The notes: a model not told the origin generated them from the sequence alone. Numbered from the whole stretch's first letter, positions 42,497 to 53,053 are shown. The stretch: 63,905 nucleotides of DNA, filler included, from Candidatus Tectimicrobiota bacterium (GCA_016193065.1; 6 parts of 6 records of this genome joined end to end with filler, not necessarily neighbours in it); one strand, 5' to 3'. Numbers and translations: made by a program.

Positions 42497-42584
42497 ACAA
42501 AGCCTCCCGGGGGAAAGCTCATCTCCCCACAAACACTTTAAACGCCACTGAGTCATCGCCCGTAAGCACCCCAAGTATACGGTC

Positions 42585-43787
42585 CTAGGGGGCCTTTTTC
42601 AACCAATTTAAGGGATCTTCGGGTTTTCCCTGGCGGCGGATCTCGAAGTAGAGCGTGGGGTCGGACTCGGAATTCCCATGGCCCAGACGGGCGATCGGTT
42701 GCCCCCCACTGACCTGATCCCCCACCTTCACCAGGATCTGGGCCAGATGGCCGTAAATGGAGTAGAGGCTGTTGCCGTGGTCGATAATCAGGATGTTGCC
42801 GTAGCCCTTCAGTTCGTTGGCATAGAGAACTTCTCCGCCGGCCACGGTGCGGATGGAACTGCCCGAGGCTGCTGCAATATCGATCCCCTTGTTGAACGTG
42901 TAGACGTCGTACTTGGGATGCAGGGTTTTGCCGAAAAAGGCGGAGACTTCGCCGGAGACGGGCCAGGGCAGGGTGCCCCGGCCGACGGGCTCTGTCTTCC
43001 CGCGCTGGCCGTTGCGCGGGCGCAAGGAGGCTTGTCTTCTTTCCAATTCCTGAATCAGCTTCTGCAGGCGCTGCGCGGTCGATTCCAGCTCCTTCTGGGC
43101 CTGCACTTGACCCGCTTTGGTCAGACGAATTTTGGCGAGCAGGCGGCTTTTTTCAGCCCGCTCCTCGGCCATCTGCCTCTGGGCCTCTGCGGCCTTTTTC
43201 TGGTAAGCCAGGATGGAGGTTTCCAGGCGGCGCAGGCGGTCTTGAGAGGTTTCCAGAACAGTCCTCTGGGCGGCAAATTTCACCATCCGTTCCCGGTCCC
43301 GCTGCAGCACTGCCCTAAGGTACTTGATCCGGGTGAGAAGGTCCATCCAGTCGCTCCCTGTAAAGGCCGCTTGGGACGTGAAGTCATGCCCCTGTTTGTA
43401 GAGAGCGCGGAGCCTGTCCTTGAACTGAGCCTCCTTTTCTAAGAATTGGGAGCTGAGCTTTTTCAGATCACTCTCTACCTTCCTTTTTTCCGCCTGGTTG
43501 CGCTCCAGGTTCAACTTGTAGACCTGCAGTTCCCGCTTGAACTTGGCGATGCGGCTTTCGATGGCTGCCAGCTTTTCCATCGTGTTCCCCTCGGCGGCCT
43601 CGGTTTTGCGGACGGCCTCTTTCTGGCGCTCGATAGCCTCTTGGATCTGGCGCAGCTTCGTTCTCTGCTCCCGGGCTTTGGCCGCAGAAGAGGTGGCTGC
43701 CCAACTTGGAAGCGCTCCCCAGCAGAGAACAGTCAGGAGAACAACCAAGGCTGCCATTGGGACGGTGCGACACTCGCTACGCGCCAT
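42585..43787 (-). CDS. envC: Murein hydrolase activator EnvC (coiled coil plus degenerate M23)
   Basis: Signal peptide, long coiled coil, LPWPV, NKGIDI, LYFEIR; follows ftsEX. Confidence 0.88.
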   Translation of the reverse strand: MARSECRTVPMAALVVLLTVLCWGALPSWAATSSAAKAREQRTKLRQIQEAIERQKEAVRKTEAAEGNTMEKLAAIESRIAKFKRELQVYKLNLERNQAEKRKVESDLKKLSSQFLEKEAQFKDRLRALYKQGHDFTSQAAFTGSDWMDLLTRIKYLRAVLQRDRERMVKFAAQRTVLETSQDRLRRLETSILAYQKKAAEAQRQMAEERAEKSRLLAKIRLTKAGQVQAQKELESTAQRLQKLIQELERRQASLRPRNGQRGKTEPVGRGTLPWPVSGEVSAFFGKTLHPKYDVYTFNKGIDIAAASGSSIRTVAGGEVLYANELKGYGNILIIDHGNSLYSIYGHLAQILVKVGDQVSGGQPIARLGHGNSESDPTLYFEIRRQGKPEDPLNWLKKAP

Positions 43788-44682
43788 GCTTTCTCGACAG
43801 GGGTCTGCAGGCAAAAGAGCTCCCTACAACCCCAAGAGCAACGCCGGCCGCCACACCCCCTCCGATGACCTGGCGGGAAAAAAAGACCGGAGGGGGCAAC
43901 CCCAGGAAAGGAGCGCTTAGATTCAGCCGGCTCTGGAGCGCCCAGAAGAGGGCTCCCAGCAGGGCCAGGGCCAGGACGGCACAGCACCCCCCTAGAAACG
44001 CTCCTTCGCACAGGATCGGCATCCGCATCATCGTCCGGGTCGCGCCCGCCCATTGCAGAACCTCGAGTTCCTCCTGGCGCTGGGCCATGGACCTCTGAAT
44101 GCTGGAGGCGATGATAAAGAGGACGGAAAAACCAAGCAGGGACCCGATCACGATTCCGGCGACTCTAACAGTGGCCACTACGGCTTCAAAGCGCTCAAGC
44201 CACTTCTTCCCGTACTCCACATCTTCGATGCCCGCCACGGAGGACAGGGTTCGGGACAAGCGCTCCAGGTCCCGGCCCTGGCGAAATTCCCCTTTCAAAG
44301 ACACCAGATAAGAGGCTGGCAGCGGGTTCCCCTCGATCCCTGCCAGCAGATTCCGGTTCCCAGGAAAACTTTGGGTGAACTGCGCATAGGCCTCTTCTTT
44401 GGAAACAAAGCGAAACCTTTCCACCTCGGACTGGCGGCGCAGGGTATCCTCCAGGCGGGAACGCTGGGTCGGAGTCAGGTCGTCCCGCAAGAAGACAACC
44501 ACCCGCACCTGCTCTCCAAGATTCTCCAGAGCCCGTTCGAGATTCGTCAGCAAGAGACCGAAAGCTCCCAGGATGACCATCGACACCGTCACGGCGCTGG
44601 TCACGAAAAAGGCCTCCCCCTTGCGCCGCAGGAAGTTGCCTACGGTCTCGCGAATGACGAAGGTCATGCTGGACCAGTTCAT
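43777..44682 (-). CDS. ftsX: Cell division permease FtsX
   Basis: 4 TM segments, NPLPAS, GAT motif. Confidence 0.92.
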   Translation of the reverse strand: MNWSSMTFVIRETVGNFLRRKGEAFFVTSAVTVSMVILGAFGLLLTNLERALENLGEQVRVVVFLRDDLTPTQRSRLEDTLRRQSEVERFRFVSKEEAYAQFTQSFPGNRNLLAGIEGNPLPASYLVSLKGEFRQGRDLERLSRTLSSVAGIEDVEYGKKWLERFEAVVATVRVAGIVIGSLLGFSVLFIIASSIQRSMAQRQEELEVLQWAGATRTMMRMPILCEGAFLGGCCAVLALALLGALFWALQSRLNLSAPFLGLPPPVFFSRQVIGGGVAAGVALGVVGSSFACRPLSRKHGA

Positions 44683-45368
44683 CGCGACTCCACGATCTGC
44701 CCCTGGCGCAGGACAATCGCCCGCCTGCCCGAGCGCTCCGCGAGCTGCCGGGCATGGGTGGCAAACAGGATCGTTGTCCCCCGGCGATTTATTTCTTCAA
44801 AGAGCTTGTAAATCTCGGCTGCGAACTTCTCGTCCAGGTTTCCCGTGGGCTCGTCGGCGATCAGGATCAGAGGAGAATCCACCAGCGCCCGCGCCACGGC
44901 GACTTTCTGCCGTTCCCCTTCGGAGAGGCGCGCGGGATAGGCCTCTTTCTTCTCTTCCAGCCCGGCCCACTGGAGAGTCTCCCAAGTCCTTTTTTTCACG
45001 ACCTTGTTTGGAATTCCCTGGGCCTGCAGTGTGATGGCCACATTGTCAAAAACCGTTCTGTGGGAAAGGAATTTGCTCTGCTGAAAGATGATTCCGAGCT
45101 GCCGTCGGTAGTGGGACAATTCAGCAGGCCGCAGGCGGGAGAGGTTGCGGCCATTGACGATGATCTGTCCCCGGGTTGGGGGTTCTGCAGCAATCAGCAG
45201 GCGCAGCAAGGTCGTTTTCCCGGCCCCGCTGGGTCCCGTGAGGAACACGAAATCACCGCGAGTGATGCCCAGAGAAATTTCTTCGAGAGCAGTACAATTG
45301 GGGCCGTAGGATTTGCTGACCCCGAACATCTGGATGATTTCCGGGGAGTTAAGCTTTTGCCTAAGCAA
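44679..45368 (-). CDS. ftsE: Cell division ATP-binding protein FtsE
   Basis: GPSGAGKT, ADEPTGNLD, ATH; TTG start chosen because it lies downstream of the predicted promoter and GGAGG. Confidence 0.92.
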   Translation of the reverse strand: MLRQKLNSPEIIQMFGVSKSYGPNCTALEEISLGITRGDFVFLTGPSGAGKTTLLRLLIAAEPPTRGQIIVNGRNLSRLRPAELSHYRRQLGIIFQQSKFLSHRTVFDNVAITLQAQGIPNKVVKKRTWETLQWAGLEEKKEAYPARLSEGERQKVAVARALVDSPLILIADEPTGNLDEKFAAEIYKLFEEINRRGTTILFATHARQLAERSGRRAIVLRQGQIVESR

Positions 45369-45396
45369 AGCCCTTTTAACCTCCAGAGTTTGGAAG

Positions 45397-45425
45397 AAAT
45401 TATCATTTCTCACCAGTTCCGGCAA
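45397..45425 (-). promoter_or_regulatory. sigma70-type promoter of ftsE
   Basis: TTGCCG-N17-TAATTT with extended TG. Confidence 0.55.
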
Positions 45426-45438
45426 TAGAAAATCTACC

Positions 45439-45783
45439 CTTGCCTACCTCCAGTTTTTCATCGAGGGATTGCACACAGGTGAGGTCCTCGGGGTGCCCCC
45501 TTGGGCTCCCGAAGCGCTTGCGACGCGAATTATGTTGGCCGGATTGGGGATTCTCTTCCTCGCAACCGCTTAGGTCGCCTGCGGGGGCTACCCCTCGGAC
45601 TAGAGGTGGTCGAGAAGGGGAGACCGGGTGTGGCCCGCAGGGCGACTTAAAGTTTTGCAGGTGTCGCCGCCGGAAAACTCGACTTCCCTGGCATGCGAAA
45701 GAGAGATGACTTCAAATCGCCCTCGCGCGCAAAAGTTTACCGGGTACCCGCAGAGCGGGTGCCCAAGGGGCACCCCGGTCTCC
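45439..45783 (-). repeat. Repeat family A copy 4 (45439-45603) plus family B element (45619-45783)
   Basis: Matches 34103-34326 and 20537-20685 respectively. Confidence 0.88.
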
Positions 45784-45997
45784 TCCTTGCAGCTGCCTAG
45801 CCCGCTTGGCCGAGGCTACCCCTCGGAAAAGGACGACGGAGCAGGCTCCCTCTCTTGCGATTTTGCAGACACAAACCAGGAGTGAACAAAGGAGAATGCT
45901 GCCTTGACTCGCCTTGCTCCTTGCTCCTATAGTGACTGCCGGAACGCGCGGGCTGTGCGGGCACACCTGGCCAAGGGATCAGATTCTCGGAGTCTCC

Positions 45998-47233
45998 ATG
46001 CTGAGTTTGCAGGACATCGAAAGGGCAAGGGCCGTCCTCGCAGATGCAATTGACGTGACTCCACTGGTCTTTTCTCGGTCCCTCAGTGAGATGACGGGCT
46101 GTCAGGTCTACTTGAAGATGGAGAACCTGCAAAAAACGGGATCCTTCAAAGTCCGGGGGGCGTATACGAAAATGTCCGGCCTCTCTGCTGCCGAGCGGAA
46201 GGCGGGTGTGTTTGCCGCCTCGGCCGGAAATCATGCCCAGGGAGTTGCCTATGCGGCCCGCAAGTTTCGCGTGCGCTCCACGATCGTAATGCCCCAAAGC
46301 TCCGCCATTGCCAAACTGCTGGCCACCCAGAGCTACGGAGCCCGCACTGTTCTCTGGGGTCAATCGTTCGAAGATGCCTTTCGCCGGGCCCGGGAGCTGG
46401 CGCGCCAGAAAAAGGGGACTTTTATTCATGCCTTTGATGACTACGCGGTCATGGCAGGCCAAGGCACTATCGCTCTCGAAATCCTCGACGTCTTGTCCCA
46501 GGTGGATGCGGTCCTGGTTCCCGTCGGGGGCGGAGGACTGCTGGCGGGGATCAGCACGGCCCTCAAGGAGACCCGGCCCCGCATTCGGGTCCTGGGCGTG
46601 GAGGCAGCCGGGGCTGCCTCGCTGGCATTCTCCCGCCGGGAGGGGCACAGGGTGATCCTGTCCCGAGTCCACACTCTGGCGGACGGCATCGCGCTCAAGA
46701 GCGTGGGGCGCCTGACCTACCCGATTTTAGAGAAGTACGTGGATGATGTGGTGACCGTGCAGGAGGATTCCATTGCCCGGGCCATCACGCTTTTGCTGGA
46801 GCGCAAAAAGGTCGTTGTGGAGGGGGCCGGAGCCGTGCCGCTGGCCGCACTCCTGGAAGGAGTTTCCTCCCTGCGGGGGAAAAGGGTTGTCCTGATCTTG
46901 AGCGGCGGCAACATCGATGTGACCCTGCTGGATCGGATCATCGAAAAAGGGCTGGTCACTTCCGGGCGGTGCATGCGCCTGGAAGTGGAATTGCAGGACA
47001 TCCCTGGGGCTCTCTCTCGGCTTACTCAGTTAATTGCCGATGCCCGGGCCAACATTCTGCACGTTTCCCACGACCGCCTCAGCCAGGACGTCCCCATCGG
47101 ATCCACTAAAGTGGATCTCGCCTTGGAGACCCGGGGCGACGACCATATGCAGGAGGTTCTCAAGATTCTAACGCGGAAAGGATACTCGGCGGTCCTTCTG
47201 GGCTCTGGGCGGGACGCACGTCGTGGACCTTGA
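45998..47233 (+). CDS. ilvA: Threonine ammonia-lyase with C-terminal ACT domain
   Basis: ENLQKTGSFKVRGA, SAGNHAQG, PVGGGGL, SGGNID, ACT domain. Confidence 0.93.
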   Translation: MLSLQDIERARAVLADAIDVTPLVFSRSLSEMTGCQVYLKMENLQKTGSFKVRGAYTKMSGLSAAERKAGVFAASAGNHAQGVAYAARKFRVRSTIVMPQSSAIAKLLATQSYGARTVLWGQSFEDAFRRARELARQKKGTFIHAFDDYAVMAGQGTIALEILDVLSQVDAVLVPVGGGGLLAGISTALKETRPRIRVLGVEAAGAASLAFSRREGHRVILSRVHTLADGIALKSVGRLTYPILEKYVDDVVTVQEDSIARAITLLLERKKVVVEGAGAVPLAALLEGVSSLRGKRVVLILSGGNIDVTLLDRIIEKGLVTSGRCMRLEVELQDIPGALSRLTQLIADARANILHVSHDRLSQDVPIGSTKVDLALETRGDDHMQEVLKILTRKGYSAVLLGSGRDARRGP

Positions 47234-48956
47234 GCTGGACGCTCAAAGAGCCCTGCCACAGGTTCGCCTGGGGCGTGGCGGCCAAATCCAGAAGAGGTGA
47301 GCTGCGCAGGACCTCTGCCGCTTCTTGCGGACAGCCAAAAGCAATGGCATCCATGACCTTGCGGCCGTCGCTGACGAGGAATTTGACGTGTTCCCCTTCT
47401 CTTCCCACCCTCCGGGCCTTGCTCGCGCAGCGCAGGCCCCGCCAGAGAAAAACCGGTGCGGGGTGGCCCGCTCCAAAGGGGGAGAGGTTTTCCAGGTCCG
47501 AAATGGCCTGGGTGTGCAGGTCGCTTAACGTTGCTTCCCCGTCGACCTCAAGAGGAGCGGGGATCTCTATCCCGGAGGTCAAGGAAGCGGCCACTTCCTG
47601 GAAGCGACTCTTGAACCTTTCCAGGTTTCCCGCCTGCACAGTAAATCCGGCGGCGCCCGTGTGGCCGCCAAATTGCTTGAGTTCCGCTGCACACAGCCGC
47701 AGGCACTCGTAGAGGTCCAGGCCGGGGATGCTGCGGGAAGACCCTCTTCCCTGGCCGTTTTCCAAGGCGATGAGTGCAACCGGTCGCAGGTACTCCTCGG
47801 CGATCTTGCTGGCCACGATGCCAATGATCCCAGGATGCCACTGCTGGGAGGCCAGGACAATCGCGGGGTTGTCCTGCTCCCCGCTCTGCTGCAGTTGGGC
47901 CTTCACGTCCCGATAAATTTCCTCCTGAACCTGCTGACGCCTGCGGTTTTCCGCTTCCAGAAGAGAGGCGAGCTCTGCGGATTCCTCAAGACGGGTGGAC
48001 AGGAGCAGATTCACAGCCGCGCTGGCCGCCCCCAGACGCCCCACCGCATTGAGGCGGGGGGCCAGGCGGAATCCGATGTCGGCCGCCGTGACCGCTCCTT
48101 TCAATCCCGCTTCCCCCTTCAAAGATTGCAGGCCCGGCTTGGAGGTGACGCTGAGTTCCTGGAGGCCGTGCCGCAGCAGGGTGTGGTTTTCCCCGCCCAG
48201 GGGTGCCACGTCGGCCACCGTTCCCAGGGCAACGAGGTCAAGATGGCGCTTCAAATTGGGCAGCGGAGCGCGGTCAAACCCCCTCTGCCGCAGCCGGTTG
48301 CGCAAGGCCAGGAGTAACTTGAAGGCCACGCCGACGCCCGAGAGAGATTTGAACGGATATTCGCACTGCGGTCTGCGGGGGTTCAGAATCGCCAGGGCCC
48401 GGGGCAGCAGTTCGGGGGGTTCATGGTGATCGGTGATGATCAGATCGAGCCCCAGACGGTGAGCTGTTTCTGCCGGCTCGAGGGCGCTGATGCCGTTGTC
48501 GACCGTAATGACCAGCCGGGCCCCTTCTTTTCTGAGAAGCTCCAGGGCCTCGGAGTTGAGTCCGTATCCATCCTCAATCCGGTGGGGAAGGAAAAAGCGC
48601 GCCGGGAACCCGATCTCGGAAAAAAAAGTGCACAGCAGCGCCGTCCCCGCAATCCCGTCGACGTCGTAATCACCGTAAACGACGATCTGTTCCCCGTGTT
48701 CCAGGGCCGTTAGAATCCGCTCGACGGCCTTTTCCATATCCGTCATTGCGAAGGGATTGTGCAGGTCTTCCAGGGAAGCTTGCCAGAAGGCGCGGGCTTG
48801 GTTTGGATCTTCCAGCCCCCGGTGCACGAGGAAGCGGGCGGCCAGGAGGCTCAGCCCGAGAGTTTTTGCTAATTGAGTCTCCTGATCCGGTTTGGCTTCA
48901 CGGACAATCCACCTCTTGGGCGGCAATGTTCTCCCTTTCCCGGATGAAGGTAACAA
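47160..48956 (-). CDS. recJ: Single-stranded DNA exonuclease RecJ
   Basis: YGDYDVDG, TVDNG, TDHH, GTVADV, GGH...AAG; start uncertain. Confidence 0.96.
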   Translation of the reverse strand: MLPSSGKGRTLPPKRWIVREAKPDQETQLAKTLGLSLLAARFLVHRGLEDPNQARAFWQASLEDLHNPFAMTDMEKAVERILTALEHGEQIVVYGDYDVDGIAGTALLCTFFSEIGFPARFFLPHRIEDGYGLNSEALELLRKEGARLVITVDNGISALEPAETAHRLGLDLIITDHHEPPELLPRALAILNPRRPQCEYPFKSLSGVGVAFKLLLALRNRLRQRGFDRAPLPNLKRHLDLVALGTVADVAPLGGENHTLLRHGLQELSVTSKPGLQSLKGEAGLKGAVTAADIGFRLAPRLNAVGRLGAASAAVNLLLSTRLEESAELASLLEAENRRRQQVQEEIYRDVKAQLQQSGEQDNPAIVLASQQWHPGIIGIVASKIAEEYLRPVALIALENGQGRGSSRSIPGLDLYECLRLCAAELKQFGGHTGAAGFTVQAGNLERFKSRFQEVAASLTSGIEIPAPLEVDGEATLSDLHTQAISDLENLSPFGAGHPAPVFLWRGLRCASKARRVGREGEHVKFLVSDGRKVMDAIAFGCPQEAAEVLRSSPLLDLAATPQANLWQGSLSVQLKVHDVRPAQSPEGPPSILSALES

Positions 48957-49101
48957 ATGCCATGCTGGGGCGGTGGGAAGACTCCCGGGTCACGAAGTGG
49001 ATCCCATCCAAGAACCAGCCCGCCTGAACCCCCTCATTGATTAACTTTTCGAGGACTTCGTCGGAAACCACGCTGGTCTCCATGACCCGGTACACTAACA
49101 C
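48898..49101 (-). CDS. Small conserved hypothetical protein (DUF4177-like)
   Basis: YRVMETS...LEKLINE...GWFLDGI...MAFV pattern; strong AGGAGG RBS. Confidence 0.65.
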   Translation of the reverse strand: MLVYRVMETSVVSDEVLEKLINEGVQAGWFLDGIHFVTRESSHRPSMAFVTFIRERENIAAQEVDCP

Positions 49102-49203
49102 GGTGGTCCCTCCTCCTGTCAAGACAAAAGGTACAAGATATGGGATGATCCTATGTCGGCCGCGCTACAAATTGTGTGCAGGCGAATAGGATTCCTTAAA
49201 TAA

Positions 49204-50186
49204 CTAGCGTCCTCCAACTAAGATGGCGGCTAGGCGGGCCTGGATTTCATCCAGATCCCCGGGCGAGCAAGAAGAGCCGTTCCACAGAAAAGAAAACGTG
49301 AGGACCTCCCCTTCCTTGGATCCCCCGTAACCGGACAGGGCTTTGACACCTTGCAGTGATCCCGTCTTGACCCGCAAGCGGCCCCGGACAGGAGAGGAGG
49401 AAAAGCGCCGTTCCACCACCCCGTCCAGCCCCAGGAGTCCCAGGGAGGCCAGGAACTCGGCCTGCACAGAGAAGTTGTGATACATGGCCCCCAAAACAAA
49501 CACCAGTCCTGCGGCCGAGAGACGATTTTCCCGGGACAGGCCCGAGCCATCCTGGAGACGGTAGGAATCCGGTGGGAGTCCAATGCCTGCCAGATAGTCC
49601 CTCAAGACCTGCAGTCCATTTTCCCGGGTCCCTGGACTGCCGTAAAGTTCACTCCCAAGGGTCCTCAAGAGCTGCTCCGCGATGAAATTGTTGCTCCACT
49701 TGTTCATGTCCTGAAGGATCAGTGAAAGCGGCTTAGAGCGGTGAGTGTAGAGAACTCGTGCTTGCGGGGGAACCATCCCCTGGCGCACAGTCCCCCTCAG
49801 GGAGATCCCCATCTCTTCAAGAAACTTGGCGAAGGTCCGGGCGGTGTAGAGGGCAGGTTGCTCAATGCTGCGGTAGAGGCTGAGGCGACCTGCTCCGGGT
49901 GACACGGAACCCCTGACCTGGAGGATCTCCCGGTTGCCGGAGGAAGTCACTTGAACGCCCAGCGGCTTGCCTCTTCCCTGTGTCTCTGTCGTCGCCTGGT
50001 TGTCGATCTCCAGGTGAGGAGTTTCGGGATCAATCCGGACCCGGGGTGGGGCTCCTCTTTTCCCGGCGGCTTCCACCGTCACCTCGACGGAGTTGAAGTT
50101 CAAGGAGAGCGCGCCGGGCTTGGCCGCGTAGGCGCGGCTCCTCTCCTCCGGAGTCCAATCGTAAGGAAGCGAGTCAAGGGCCATCC
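49204..50186 (-). CDS. dacB: D-alanyl-D-alanine carboxypeptidase/endopeptidase, peptidase S13 (5' partial)
   Basis: SNNFIAEQL, DGSGLSR, KTGSL motifs. Confidence 0.92.
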
Positions 50187-50286
50187 NNNNNNNNNNNNNN
50201 NNNNNNNNNNNNNNNNNNNNNNNNNNNNNNTTAATTAATTAANNNNNNNNNNNNNNNNNNNNNNNNNNNNNNNNNNNNNNNNNNNN
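50187..50286. other. Artificial contig linker
   Basis: N44-TTAATTAATTAA-N44. Confidence 0.99.
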
Positions 50287-50452
50287 CATCCACTGCAACC
50301 ACCAAGTATTCACCGCTTGGTTTCTGCCGATAAAACTGGATGCCTGGAAGCTGTTTATTTTGCCAACGTGACCAAAGAGCGCTTTCGCTGTCTGTCAAGT
50401 TCTTGCGCAACTCCCGCGCTTTATCTTTGAGATTCGAATTGTACCTCAACAT
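50287..50452 (-). CDS. DUF559/Vsr-like endonuclease domain protein (3' partial or degraded)
   Basis: YNSNLKDKARELRKNLTDSE...LW...FYRQKP. Confidence 0.8.
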
Positions 50453-50601
50453 CTCTCGATCCTCTCAAAATCCCCCCTGCCCCCCCTTTTTCAAAGGGGG
50501 GTTATGTTAGCGCTTATGCCCTCAAGGGGGGAGGGTGAGGGAGGGGGTTCCTTACATTCCGCTTCTCCGCTGGAAAGAGGCTCGGGGAAGGCCTCGCGCA
50601 A

Positions 50602-51519
50602 TTAGTCGAGTCTCCAGGGATCCATGCGGGTGCTGGCAGGCGCGGGCTCAAGAACTTCCTGGATCTTCCGGTAGACCCTGCGATTGTAGAGATAGGCAAT
50701 GTGCCCCAGGGCTTCCAGAGGGACGTTCAGAGAGTGATCTCCCTCCAGATGAGAGCTCTCGGCCGGAATCACGATTTCGTCGAAGTCTGAGTAAAGGGAT
50801 ACGACGGGCACTGCAGAAGTGTTTGCCGGATCGGTTTCCAGAGAATGGAGGAACGGGCTCCCGGGCCGCATCTGCAAGGCGCAGGGACCCAGTGCGAAGG
50901 TCCACAATTTCGTGCCATGGTGAGGTGTCCCCAAAGAGATGACTTTCTCGACCCGTTGGGAGCCCCCGAGCCGGGACACGTAGTATCGGGCGATAAGCCC
51001 TCCCATGCTGTGGCCGATGAGGATTACCTTGGTCCGGCCGCAAGCCTCGTACACCTCTTCGACCTTCTCCTTGAGCTGCTCGGCCAGGAGCATCAGGTCT
51101 CCCCAGGGGGGTGCTAGTGAAAGGGCCACCGCCGGCCTCCATCCCTGGCGCTCCAACCACCATTTCAAAGGATAGAGAGTAAAAGATCCCATCATGTAAC
51201 CTGGTACAAGCACCACCGGGGTATATGGGTCCTCGCCCTCCAGGGGCTGCAGGAGCGGCGAGAGGGGTATCCGGAAAACCCTGGCCACCAGATGCCGCAC
51301 GGCGTCCGCAGCGCTGAGAGTCAGCGCCACGAGATGGTAGAGATATTCGGCCAGGAATGGACCCCAGCGAGATACTCTTTTGGAGGCTTCCAGCGCCCTC
51401 CTGGGGATCTGAACGCTGTCCGAGTTGGCGATCTCGATCCACCGTAGGCTGTATAGCCAGAGATGCTCGAGGAGGAGAAGGAGAAGGAACAGGAGGATGA
51501 GGTTCGTGATGAGTTCCAT
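50602..51519 (-). CDS. Membrane-anchored alpha/beta hydrolase (lipase/esterase)
   Basis: GHSMGG nucleophile elbow, LGTPHHG, Asp/His triad candidates. Confidence 0.88.
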   Translation of the reverse strand: MELITNLILLFLLLLLLEHLWLYSLRWIEIANSDSVQIPRRALEASKRVSRWGPFLAEYLYHLVALTLSAADAVRHLVARVFRIPLSPLLQPLEGEDPYTPVVLVPGYMMGSFTLYPLKWWLERQGWRPAVALSLAPPWGDLMLLAEQLKEKVEEVYEACGRTKVILIGHSMGGLIARYYVSRLGGSQRVEKVISLGTPHHGTKLWTFALGPCALQMRPGSPFLHSLETDPANTSAVPVVSLYSDFDEIVIPAESSHLEGDHSLNVPLEALGHIAYLYNRRVYRKIQEVLEPAPASTRMDPWRLD

Positions 51520-51526
51520 CCGCGCC

Positions 51527-52624
51527 TTATCCGATCTTTACGGCGCGCGCTTGCCCCCGGGTCTCCAGTGCCAGATCGATCAGGCGATCGAGGAGCCGGG
51601 GATAGGAGAGGCCGCTTGCTTCCCAGAGCTTGGGATAGATGCTGGTGGCGGTAAATCCGGGAATGGTGTTGATTTCGTTCAAATAGATTTTTCCCGTCCC
51701 CTTTTCCCAGAAGAAGTCCACCCGGGCCATTCCGGTGGCGGCAATCGCCTTGAATGCCTCCAGCGCCAAGCGGCGGACGGTCTGAGACGTTTCGGCAGGG
51801 ATCGGGGCCGGGATGATGATGTCCGTGAGACCCTCGGTGTACTTGGCTTCATAATCGTAAAATTCCCGGTGCGGCACGAGTTCCGCCACCCCCGAGACTT
51901 GCGGCTCGTCATTGCCCAGTACCCCGCATTCCAGTTCCCGGCAATCGATCCCTTTTTCCACCACCACCCTGCGGTCGTACTGGAAGGCAAGTTCCAGGGC
52001 CTGTTTCAAATCCGCCTGCTCTTTTGCTTTCGAGATTCCCACGCTGGAGCCCAGGTTGGCCGGTTTTACGAAAACCGGATAGCCCAGAGCCTTCTCGATG
52101 CGATCCTGCTCCCGGTTCGGGTCAGACTGCCATTCATGGCGCAGCACCAGGGTGAAAGGGGGATTGGGCAGGTTCCGGTACTGGAAAAGCGCCTTCATGA
52201 CAGCTTTGTCCATTCCGATAGCGGAGGCCAAGACGCCGGCGCCCACGTAGGGGACGCCGGCCAGCTCGAAGAGACCCTGGATCGTGCCGTCCTCGCCGCG
52301 TGGGCCGTGGAGCACGGGGAAGGCCACGTCGATAGGAACTCGTTCGGGAGGCGCTTTCTGCTTGAGGACCAGAAGTCCGCCGCAGGAAGGATCGGCGGGC
52401 AGAACAACAGGAGACTCGTTTCGCGGATCAGGGAAGGTGCCTCCCCGGAAGGAAGGGAGCCAGCGCCACTGCCCATCGGGCTCAATGTAAACGGGGAGGA
52501 CTTCGTACTGGTTGGGATCCAGGGTGGCAATCACCGAGGAAGCCGAAGCTTTGGAGACTTCGTGCTCCCCGGATTGGCCGCCAAAGAAAACGGCCACCCG
52601 CAGCTTCTTAGATGGATTTGCCAA
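51527..52624 (-). CDS. ddl: D-alanine--D-alanine ligase
   Basis: GGQSGEHEVS, LHGPRGEDG, GSSVG, FYDYEAKY, NEINTIPG. Confidence 0.97.
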   Translation of the reverse strand: MANPSKKLRVAVFFGGQSGEHEVSKASASSVIATLDPNQYEVLPVYIEPDGQWRWLPSFRGGTFPDPRNESPVVLPADPSCGGLLVLKQKAPPERVPIDVAFPVLHGPRGEDGTIQGLFELAGVPYVGAGVLASAIGMDKAVMKALFQYRNLPNPPFTLVLRHEWQSDPNREQDRIEKALGYPVFVKPANLGSSVGISKAKEQADLKQALELAFQYDRRVVVEKGIDCRELECGVLGNDEPQVSGVAELVPHREFYDYEAKYTEGLTDIIIPAPIPAETSQTVRRLALEAFKAIAATGMARVDFFWEKGTGKIYLNEINTIPGFTATSIYPKLWEASGLSYPRLLDRLIDLALETRGQARAVKIG

Positions 52625-52656
52625 TCTCGCGCCTTCCTCCCCCAAAGTGTCAGCCG

Positions 52657-52685
52657 TTTCTATCACACCCCCCGGAACCTGTCAA
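52657..52685 (-). promoter_or_regulatory. sigma70-type promoter of ddl
   Basis: TTGACA-N17-TAGAAA with extended TG. Confidence 0.55.
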
Positions 52686-52698
52686 CGGCCAGAGGGCA

Positions 52699-52885
52699 CT
52701 TGCCCACCCTCAGTTTCTCTTCGGCATCCTCGGGAGTGCTCAGACCCAGGATGCGGGTACCCACAAAGTGCACCCGCTCTGCGGGTACCCGGCTCCCGAA
52801 GGGCTTACGGCGAGGCAAGGGGGACCGGGGTGCCCCTTGGGGCTCCAGTAAACTTTTGCCCGCCAGGGCGATTTGTTCTCGGTGC
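52699..52885 (-). repeat. Repeat family A copy 5 with nested palindromes and partial family B element
   Basis: Reverse complement matches CTTCGGGAGCC...CCCGAGGA and GCAAAAGTTTAC...GGGGCACCCCGGTCC. Confidence 0.85.
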
Positions 52886-52985
52886 NNNNNNNNNNNNNNN
52901 NNNNNNNNNNNNNNNNNNNNNNNNNNNNNTTAATTAATTAANNNNNNNNNNNNNNNNNNNNNNNNNNNNNNNNNNNNNNNNNNNN
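52886..52985. other. Artificial contig linker
   Basis: N44-TTAATTAATTAA-N44. Confidence 0.99.
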
Positions 52986-53053
52986 GGATGGACCTGATTG
53001 AGGCTCGTCCTGTCCGCCGAGTTGACCAGGTGGTCAATTTACGAAACGAGTAG

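Noticed and set aside
45369-45425. N-terminal extensions of FtsE (and of Ddl at 52625-52666) in the ORF track
   Set aside because: These starts fall inside the predicted promoters; downstream TTG starts have RBS-like sequences.
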